Program-made: the position numbers and the translations under genes
DNA from: Octopus vulgaris
Lineage: Eukaryota
Length of the DNA: 64,000 nucleotides
Reading direction: 5' to 3'
Assembly: GCA_951406725.2 (NCBI GenBank)
Contig: OX597832.1
Location: 56,916,001 to 56,980,000 of the forward strand
The notes under the pieces: model-generated
Told to the model about the DNA's origin: nothing
What the model saw: the letters and a program-made list of their open reading frames with translations, nothing else
Database searches by the model: none
In this document: positions 53,293-64,000 of the stretch, piece by piece
Layout: every line of letters starts with the position of its first letter
Position numbering within the stretch: the stretch's first letter is position 1

Positions 53293-55800
53293 GTACGACG
53301 GGCTTCTTTTCAGTTTCTGTCTACCAAATTCACTCACAAGGCTTTGGTCGGCCTGAGGTTATAGTAGAAGACACTTGCCCAAGGTGCCACGCAGTGGGAC
53401 TGAATCCGGAACCATGTGGCTGGTAAGCAAGCTACTTACCACACAGCCACCCCCGTGGGTTTAACTATTACAATTTGTTGATTTTAAGATGGTTGTTATT
53501 GTTTTACCCCAGATCAGTCCAAATTAAGCAAAAAGATCTTCCTTTATATGCCAAGATATTTTAGATCAGATTTATTTTCCATTGCATGTGGATTATCAAT
53601 GTTTGTTTTTTTCTTTAACAACAAGTGTGATTTGAGGAAGATTTGGCTGATATTTTAAGCAGAATAGGCAACTGATAAGAGACTTTTGCATTATCTTGTG
53701 ACTGTGTGGGTGGCACGTAAAAAGCACCCACTACACTCACGGAGTGGTTGGCGTTAGGAAGGGCATCCAGCCGTAGAAACACTGCCAGATCTGATTGGGC
53801 CTGATGAAGCCTTCCAGCTTCACAGACCCCAGTTGAACCGTCCAACCCATGCTAGCATGGAGAACGGACGCTAAATGATGATGATGATGATATGATGATG
53901 ATGTTGTTGTTGTTGTTGTTAATATAGACAACTTTCTCCCTACTTCACCATTTTAAAGTTCTGTTCATCAGATATCTCACGTAAATGAAAAATGTAAAAC
54001 AATTTCAGCTTCAGGTCTCAAGAAGGTTAAACCTAACTCTATAAACAAACTAAACAGTTGAGATATCATAGTAATAATTATTAAAGAAAACAAAATCACA
54101 CCCAGAAAATGCATGATTTTCAATTTTTTATATTTTTTTTGTCATTAACAGTTTCTTCCATATATTTACATAATGTCTGGCTCTGTTAGTCTGCTGTCTT
54201 CAGCTTTTGAAGAATAACATGTTCCTCTCCAAACATAAATACTTCAAAATTTGACAAGCAATGATCTTCAGAAATGTAGCACAATGGATTAAAATATTTA
54301 ATCTTTACAGCAACTATAACACTCTCTCTCAATCACTTTCTGTCTGTCTGTTTGTCTCTCTCTCTCTGTCTCCACGAAGACCTATTGAAGCAAGTGCAAA
54401 CAAATCAACATCGCTGACGTGGCCAATGACAGCACCACCTGATTGGCACTTGTGCCAGTGAAACGTTAAAAGCACATCCGAGCATGTAGAAAACACTTGC
54501 CCAAGGTGCCACGCAGTGGGACTGAACCCGGAACCATGTGGTTCGTAAGCAAGCTACTTACCACCACCACCTGTAATAGTCTAATAATCACAATCTTTGT
54601 GATTATTTTACCCTCCGGGTCTGTCTGGTTGAGCAGACCTACAATCAATGGTATTCTTGCCATGACCATCTCATTTCATTCCTAGATACAGTGATTTTTT
54701 TTTTAATATATAGCAAAGCAAAACAGGTAGCTATGTGATACATAATTCCCAATAATGATTGTCGTGGTATTTATTTTAGCCCTGATCAAACCTAAGATCG
54801 AAGATCTTCCAGATGTGGCCATCACACTTTCTTCTTAACTGCAGAGAACCTAGAACCGCATTGTCTAATTCTTTTACTTTTCTTAAATGACATCATGCGA
54901 TTCAAAGAAGGCTTGACTTGGCTGCTAATTCTAGCAAGTTGAACCAGTACATAGAAGCCTACATAGACATACACTTGTTTACAGCATAGATGCTACAAGA
55001 AATATAACATCATGAAGCGAAAAATAACAAGGTAACATTTCATTGTATTCGGTTTTGTAAAAAAGTGGAAAATCCCAGCAGAGAGGAAACGAAAATATGG
55101 AGAATTGCAAAGAGAAATGGGGATGAAAAAAAAAAATACGGTTGGAATATTTCAAACCTCTGCTGATAAAACTGATGCATTTTTTTTTAAATAGAATATT
55201 CTATGTTCCTGTTACTATTTACCAAAATATGGTTTTGCAGATATTCTTTCCCTCACCCCCAACCAAACATCCTTTGTTAATAGAATTTGGATGGCTTTCG
55301 AAAACTTGGTTATTATCATAAAATTGTTGGAAAATACATTTAGTCATTACAAAAGGATCTATTTTTCTCCCACATGATCCACCCACGGACAATCCTTATC
55401 TCCTCTATCATTAATTATGAATAGGTGCAGTCATGGGCGTGTGGTAAGAAGTTTGTTCCTTAGCCACATGGTATCAGGTTCAGTCCCACTGCATGGCACC
55501 TTGGGCACATGTCTTTTACTATAACTTCAGAGAGACTAAGGCCTCGTGAGAGTAAATGGTATGTGGAAACTGAAAGAAGCTCATAATCTACATACATATT
55601 ACATATGTGTGTATGCATGTGTGTGTGTGTGTGTGTGAGTGTGTCCCCCAATACTGCTGGACAACTGGTACTGGTGTGTTTATGTCCCCATAACTTAGCG
55701 GCTCAGCAAAAGAGTCTGACAGAATAAGTATCAGGCTTAAAAAAAATAAAAAAGTAGTGGGCTTGATTTGTTTACCTAAAAAATTTTTAAGGCAATTTTC

Positions 55801-56190
55801 AAGTACCAGTGACACTGGGGTCAATGTAATCAACAATCCCTCTTTCGCAAAATTACAGGCATTGTTCCAAAATTTGAAATCCTTATTAACTGCTGTAACT
55901 TTCTGAGTTCAAATTCCACCGAGGTCAACTTTGCCTTTCAACCTTTCAGGTTCAATAAATTAAGTACCAGTGACACACTGGAGTCAATGTAATCAACAAT
56001 CCCTCTTCTGCAAAATTACAGGCATTGTGCCAAAATTTGAAATCCTTATTAACTGCTGTAACTTTCTGAGTTCAAATTCCACCGAGGTCAACTTAGCCTT
56101 TCAACCTTTTGGGTTCAATAAATTAAGTACCAGTGACACACTGGGGTCGATGTAATCAACTACCCCTCTTCCCCCAAATTACAGGCCTCA
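55801..56190 (+). repeat. Tandem array (~2.4 x 162 bp) of a SINE-B fragment
   Basis: aagtaccagtgacac recurs at 55801, 55962 and about 56125, with near-identical intervening sequence. Confidence 0.9.
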
Positions 56191-56222
56191 TACCTTTCTT
56201 TAGTAGAAAAGATTAGCAACAA

Positions 56223-56389
56223 CTGTATTTTCCAGTATAAAAATCAACATCACTATCTTTCCAAACCCTGTTGCATTTTTCACATGGAATTTTGGGGCCT
56301 CCAAACTCACCTTATTGTGTAAGTTGACCCACCTTTCTTGGCTGTAAATTTTGGTCTGCGAAATTCCACTTGTATGCCAGAAAACATGG
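56223..56389. mobile_element. Decayed pogo/Tc2-like MITE
   Basis: Imperfect TIRs ctgtattttccagtata / tgtatgccagaaaacatgg. Confidence 0.45.
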
Positions 56390-56620
56390 TCGTCTACAGT
56401 CAATAGTACTGCCTCTATCCAAATTTGACTTACTGTCACCGAGTGCGCATGTACCAGCAAGAGAAGATGCTATTCTCTAGCTGCTGTCTCTATTAAGTCT
56501 AATATTTTTATCATGCAATTTCGAACAAGAGAAATGAGTTTGGAGTTTTTAAAGAATACACAGTACTCGAAATAATGACATCAAACTTTTACTCTATGCA
56601 TCCAAAAGTCCTCAATTTAA

Positions 56621-56654
<34 letters not shown>

Positions 56655-56655
56655 A

Positions 56656-56709
<54 letters not shown>

Positions 56710-57403
56710 TATTATTATTATTTTATTATTATTATTATTATTATCAATAATGATATTATTTTATTATTATTATTATTATTATCATCATTATTATTATTAT
56801 TATTATATTATTATTATTATTATTAATAATAATATTATTATTATTATTGTTATATATTATTACTATTATTAATAATAATGATATTATTATTATTATTATT
56901 ATTATCATTAATAATAATTATATTATTATTATTATTATTGTTATTAATAATAATGATATTATTATTATTATAATTATTATTATTATTATCAATAATGATA
57001 TTATTATTATTATTATTGTTATATATTATTACTATTATTAATAATAATGATATTATTAATATTATTATTATTATTATTACAATTACATAATTCAAAGTAT
57101 GACAACACATGTATTTAAACATGCACACACACATACACACACACACACACACACACAGGTACTGTACATGCACCTTTGATGAGTTGTAGTGCACCTGAGC
57201 ACTATACACAATAATTTCTACCTTTGTATGCTATGCACATGTCCTCTCTTTTCCAGTGTATACTGGGTATATGTTATTTAAAAAAAATTTTATCATTTCA
57301 TTATTATATGTAAACCTCCACACTTTATGTCTGTCTCTGTACTGTCCACCACATCCTTTGCCCTTGTGGCAAATAAATGAAATCACTAATATTATTATTA
57401 TTA

Positions 57404-57443
<40 letters not shown>

Positions 57444-57459
57444 TATTATGATATATATT

Positions 57460-57491
<32 letters not shown>

Positions 57492-57938
57492 TGTATGTAT
57501 GTATGTATGTATGTATGTATGCATGTATATATTCGTTACTCTTTTACTTGTTTCAGTCATTTGACTGTGGCCATGCTGGAGCACCACCTTTAGTCAAGCA
57601 AATGAACCCCAGGACTTATTCTTTGTAAAGCCAAGTACTTATTCTATCAGTCTCTTTTGCTGAACTGCTAAGTTACAGGGACGTAAACACACAAGCATCG
57701 GTTGTCAAGTAATTTTGGGGAAACAAACACAGACACACAAACACACACACACACATATATACATATACATATATATGATGGGCTTCTTTCAGTTTCCGTC
57801 TACCAAATCCACTTACAAGGCTTTGGTCAGCCTGAGACTATAGAAGAAAACACTTGCCCAAGGTGCAATGCAGTGGGACCGAACCCATAACCATGTGGTT
57901 GGTAAGCAAGCTACTTACCACACAGCCACTCCTACGCC

Positions 57939-57983
<45 letters not shown>

Positions 57984-58294
57984 TCAGCATCATGATCCAC
58001 TAATGTCCATTTTCAATGCTGGCATGGGTTGTGCGGTTTGACCAGCACTAGCAAACTGGAGAGCTGTCCCAGGGTCCAGTCTAATTTGGCTAGGTATCTA
58101 CAGCTGGATGCCCTCCCTATCATCAACCACTTTACAGAATGTTGTGGGTGCTTTTTACAGTGCCACATAAAAGACACCCACCAGACACATGCACACACAC
58201 ACACATATACACACAAATACATATACATACACATATACAAATACACAGACATATATACATACATATATACATACACACAAACACATACACACAA

Positions 58295-58344
<50 letters not shown>

Positions 58345-58351
58345 AAATGAC

Positions 58352-58431
58352 GAATCTCACTGATGATCTGTGAATTAATTATGTAAGTAAACTTGCATAA
58401 TTTATTAACAGTGAAACAATTGTTATTATTC
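58352..58431 (+). ncRNA. Hammerhead motif with degenerate stem I
   Basis: CTGATGA(58360)-t-ctgt..aattatgtaag(taaa)cttgcataatt..acag-t-GAAA(58413)-CAATTG-TT. Long stem II and palindromic stem III, between (TA)n tracts. Confidence 0.65.
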
Positions 58432-58628
58432 ATTTGTCCTGCTCGCTTACGTTCATAGTGTGCTAAATTTTTCTTGAGAACAATTCTTAGTGGTTGAGAC
58501 CCTTGCGGATCTATCTTTAGCGTAAGAGCATCCACTTAGTGGATTCTCTCTCATATTTGTGTGTGTGTATATATATATATATATAGCTATAGATATAGAT
58601 ATATATTATAGATATATATTATAATACA

Positions 58629-58844
58629 TGAGCATGTGCTGAAAAGCTCTTGGGTTTGTGTAACAGAAAATACAGGAGGATCAGTTAATTATGATCTTAT
58701 CCAACATATTCCCCTCTCAGATTCACACATTTATTGCAGCAGTCCTTCAGTTTTTCTGAGCCCTGTAAAAGAACTCAGAAGGTTAGACCTCCAACCAGGC
58801 CTTTCATGATACCCTTAGAGCCAGGAACTTTTCAACACCCCTCA
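58629..58844. mobile_element. mariner-like MITE
   Basis: tgag..gtgctgaaaagctcttgg / ccaggaacttttcaacacccctca|TA. Partial copies at 52590-52875. Confidence 0.75.
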
Positions 58845-58908
58845 TAATACATACATACATGTATACATACATACATGCATATATATATCTATATATATAT
58901 AGAGAGAG

Positions 58909-58957
<49 letters not shown>

Positions 58958-59557
58958 TAGATATAGATATATATATATATATATACAAACACATGTGCAT
59001 GCACATATATTCACATGTATATGTATATATATAAATACACACCAACATACATACATGTATGTACATGTGTGTATATATGTGTGTGCGTATATAAATATAT
59101 AACCTGAAGGAATCAACTTTTCATTTTAATCTTGCAAGATTCCTGAGACACTGCAAAAATATCATCACATTACTTTTCATATGGCATACATATATAAGGA
59201 TGCTTAAGAACGAGAAGGGGGGGGATAGAAGCGGGGAAGACAGAAGCAAGGAAGATAGAGGAGGAAAGAGAGGAAAGAGAGGGAAGAGAAAAAGAGAGAA
59301 GAATCTCCATAACCCTATGAGTTACACTGTTTGCAGGATTTCATATATTTCATCTGATTGGCAAGGTTTCAACTCCTTTGTGTGTGCACATGTGTCTGCA
59401 TCTTTGCACATGTGCGTACGTGCTCACATGCATGTTTATAATGTGCAAGCAGCGATGCTGTCAGTTCACCTGTCGACAGATCACTCCTGCTGTTCACACC
59501 TTTGTGGAATAACCGATCCCTTATTTGAAAAAAAAAAAACGGTTACAGGTAAATGTA

Positions 59558-59750
59558 ACTGTTAGTCTTTTTCACTGAACCACTTTAGTTATGGGGACAT
59601 AAAAACACCGACACCGGTTTTCAAATGGTGGTGGAGGACAAAGAGAAGCATAAAGACACACACATAGAAAAAGACATACCATTTGAAAACCGGTGTCGGC
59701 ATGTTTATGTCCCCGTAACTAAGTGGTTCAGTGAAAAAAACTAACAGTTA
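59558..59750. repeat. Inverted repeat built from SINE-A 3' fragments
   Basis: 59558-59629 pairs with 59678-59750. Confidence 0.85.
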
Positions 59751-60193
59751 GTGAAAGGAAGAGCATTTAACTGTAAAACAAATGCTGCAATAATGCATTC
59801 ATCTAACCCATGCTAGCATAGCAAAACAGATATAAAATACAACGAATTTCCTAACCATATGGTTCTGGGTTCAGTCCTACTGATATATGCATATGTGTGT
59901 GTGTGTGTGTGTATATATATGTATATGTATGTGTGTGTGTGTGTGTGTGTATATGTATGTATGCGAGGTCATTGCCAGTACCGCCTGAATGGCCCTCATG
60001 CCAATGGCACATAAAAGCACCCACTACACTCTCGGAGTGGTTGGCATTAGGAAGGGCATCCAGCTGTAGAAACTCCGCCAGATCAGATTGGAGACTGGTG
60101 CAACCATCTGGTTCGCCAGTCCTCAGTCAAATCGTCCAACCCATGCCAGCATCGAAAGCGGATATTAAACAATGATAATGATGCTGATGATGA

Positions 60194-60252
<59 letters not shown>

Positions 60253-61168
60253 TATTACTTGTTTCAGTCATTAGACTGTGGCCATGCTGGAACACCGCCT
60301 TGAATTTTTAGTCAAATTAATTAACCCCAGTATTTATTCTGTTGTTCTCTTTTGCTGAACCACTAAGTTACAGGGATATTAACGCACCAACTCCAGTAAT
60401 CAAGTGGGGGGGGGGCGAACACAGAAGACACATGCACACATATATACATACGATGAGCTTCTTTCAGTTTCCATCTACCAAATCCACTCACAAGGCTTTG
60501 GTTGGCCTGAGGCTATTATAGTAGAAGACATTTGCCCAAGGTGCCACACAGTGGGATCGAACCCAGAACCATGTGGTTGGGAAGCAAGCTTCTTACCACA
60601 CAACCACGTCTGCAGTATATCTATGTGTGTGTCTTTATGCTTCTCTTTGTCATCCACCACCAATTGAAAACCGGTGTCAGTGTGTTTATGTCCCCATAAC
60701 TAAGTGGTTCAGTGAAAAAGACTAACAAATTAAGTAACAGGTTTAAAAATGTAAGAACTGGGGTCAGTTCATTTGACTAAAAATTCTTCAAGATTGTGCC
60801 CCAGCATAGCCACAGTCAAATGACTAAAACAAGTGAAACTATAAAAATAAAATATGTATAAAATATTTTTTTGTTATTATTTATTAATATTTCAGAGTTT
60901 CTTTGGATTTTTTTTTTTGTTTTTTTTCTTTAATAGCTATTTTTTTTCTTTAATAGCTATTTTCCAAACAAATTAATGAGAGTTATTCTTTTCTATCAAC
61001 AAACTATAGAATTTCAGTTTCATGTTCAGGAGAACTAGTTGTCATGAGAGCAGAAGCAGGTTCAATCCCTAGCAACAGCAGGTGATGTTTCATTTTTTTT
61101 TTTATTATTGATCTATTAATCTCTGTTGATCAGATTGATCTAAATCTAAGACATCACAGAGAGAAAGG

Positions 61169-61207
<39 letters not shown>

Positions 61208-61847
61208 TGCAGGGAAGAGATTGATAGAGAGAGAGAGAGAGAGACATAAACAGATAGATGGAGAGACAGATAAGTAGACAAACAGACAGAAAAAGAGAGA
61301 AATCAAATCGAATTACTTCAGTGACTCAGATATTTAGTGAGGTGTATGTGTGTGTGTATTTGTGTGTGTGTGTATTTGTGTGTGTGTGTGTGTGTGTGTG
61401 TGGTGATTCTTTCATCTGATCTTTGTACCTACTAAACAACTGCTGCTAGGAGATTCCAACTGATATTGGATCCAAAATATGAGCAATTCTAACAATAAGC
61501 TTATGTTACAACTAACATATAAGAACATTTGAATCTACGGGAACACATGATAAGTGAATGAATAGAATTTCAATCGATAAATAGCATGGTTTATACCAGA
61601 GATTGCAGAAGGGCAATTTTGATGTACTAGAAACCTGGCCGAGCAAATTTAATGTAAATATAACACAACATGCTCGTCTCAATTCAGCCTTGGAACTTCA
61701 AAAACATGAATCTGTGATTCCATTCAGGCATGAAAAGTAATTAATGCTATTCTCATCATTACTGGAAATGCAACAAATGAATCACAAAAGTAATAGAAAA
61801 ATGGTTTGGTTTATGGGGTACTGTTTTATCTGTGTGTGTATATACAA

Positions 61848-61892
61848 GAGAGAGAGAGACAGAGAAAGAGATAAAGAGATAAAGAAATAGAA

Positions 61893-61944
<52 letters not shown>

Positions 61945-62092
61945 ATGGATGGATAGATAGATAGATAGACAGACAGACATTTAGATAGACAGACAGAGAA
62001 AGAGAGAGAGACAGAGAGAGATAAAGAGACAGATAGATAGATAGATAGATAGACAGAGAAAGAGAGAGAGAGACAGAGAGAGATAAAGAGAC

Positions 62093-62123
<31 letters not shown>

Positions 62124-63062
62124 CAGAGAAAGAGATAGATATACAGACAGAGAGAGAGACAAAGAGATAGATAGATAGACAGAGAGAGAGAAAGAGATAG
62201 ATAGATAGATAGATAGAAAGGGAGAGAGGTGAAGTGTTTTTGAGAGAGTGTATGAGTAAGTGTTTGCATTTTTGCACGTGTATGTGCATGTTTGAATACA
62301 TGTGTGTGTGTGTGTGTGTGCATGCACATGTTGGAGAGTACATGTGTGTTTGAGAGTGTACAAGTTTCAGTGTGTGCATGGTTGAACGTGTTTGAGAGTG
62401 TGTTTGATGATGCATGTGTGTCGGAGAGTGCGCATGGGGTTTAAGAGTGCATGCCTGTCTGAGGGTGCGTGCATATTTGGGTGGGTGCATGTGTGTATTT
62501 GAGAGTGCATGTGTGTTTGAGAATACATACATGTTCGAGAGAGTGTGCGCATGTTTGAGAATGTGTGTGCATATTGCATATGCGCATATGTGAGTGTTTG
62601 AGAGTGTGTGCATGTCTGAGTATGCACATAAGTGCTTGAGTGTGTTTGAGTGTGTGTGTGTGTGTCTGCGCATGTGTATTTGAGAGTGTGCATATGTTTG
62701 AGTATGTGTGTATGTGAGTGTGTGTATGTTTCCATATGTGTGTAGGTGTCTCTCTGCATCTGCATGCACATTTGTGTCAGCATATGCATACAAGTATTTG
62801 AGTGTGTGTGTGTGTATGTGTGTGCACATGTGTATTTGAGAGTGTGCATATGTTTGAGTATGTGTGTATGTGAGTTTGTGTGTATCTGAGTGTGTGTGTG
62901 TGTGTGTGTGTGTTGTGTGTGTGTGTGTGTGTGTGTGTTACCATATGTGTGTAGGTGTCTCTCTGCATCCGCGTGCACATTTGTGTCAGCATATGCATGC
63001 ATGTATTTGTACATGTGCGTGTGAGCATCCATGTATATTCGCACTTATGTGTGTGCATCTGT
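61848..63062. repeat. Compound (GA/GATA/GACA)n tract followed by a degenerate TG minisatellite
   Basis: Read directly; includes a duplicated ~60-bp unit at 62731 and 62941. Confidence 0.95.
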
Positions 63063-63368
63063 GCGTATATCATCCGAAATGTTAAATTCCGTAAATGAAT
63101 CACTATTAGCGTTGGTTGCCAAGCACTAAGTTCTTCATTCACTTTAAATGACTTGCTGCTGTTAAAACACTTAATGAAATAGCAAACACTTATAGTTTTA
63201 GAAATCAACCAAGTTATTTGAATATCTCCTTTTAAAAATCCAAAAACTCCATTCAAATTCTAACAAATTATACATTTTATTTAGAATGTACACATGCCAC
63301 GCACAACACTCATTGCATATATATGTATGTATGTATGTATGTATTTATGTGTGTATGTATGTGTATGT

Positions 63369-63414
<46 letters not shown>

Positions 63415-63501
63415 ACATACAGACCACATAGAGATGCATGCATACATACACATGCCCACATATATATATATATATCATACACACACATAAACATACATGC
63501 C

Positions 63502-63564
<63 letters not shown>

Positions 63565-63569
63565 AGATA

Positions 63570-63604
<35 letters not shown>

Positions 63605-63695
63605 ACATATATATATGCATATCTATACATACATATATACAGACGCACATACACACATGTATATATATATATATATAAATGTACACACACACATA

Positions 63696-63747
<52 letters not shown>

Positions 63748-64000
63748 GTAATAATAATAATAATAATAATAATAGTAATAACAATAATAATAATAGTAAT
63801 AATAATAATAATAGAGAAAAAGAGAGACAGCAATAAAGGAAATGCTTATTGTTTTCCGTGGAATTTTCTGATAAATATAAAGTAATATATGAGTTAATAA
63901 GAAAAGGTTCAAAGCAACAAGTCTCCTAACTGTCGAGACATCAGCAGGCAAGCTTACCAATTCCATAATGGCATCACTTAATACCTTTAAAATAAAAATA

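Overview
AT-rich, microsatellite-dense eukaryotic DNA. Its repeat families strongly resemble an Octopus (coleoid cephalopod) genome; this is an inference from repeat content. I can support no host protein-coding exon, and nearly all listed ORFs are translations of microsatellites or SINEs. The window is a mosaic of tRNA-derived SINEs, 5'-truncated LINE ends (RTE, CR1/L2-like, Dong/R4-like), a split R2-like zinc-finger/Myb fragment and several MITE classes (piggyBac-, hAT-, mariner/pogo- and Helentron-like). The most notable signal is a set of about 8 type-I hammerhead-ribozyme (HHR) motifs from about 6 apparently unrelated sequence families. They lie in short Penelope-like segments within (TA)n tracts, and several are arranged as long inverted repeats. 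One appears to have a compensatory G3-C8 core swap (GUGAACA instead of CUGANGA). All structures were folded by eye; no database search or folding computation was run.
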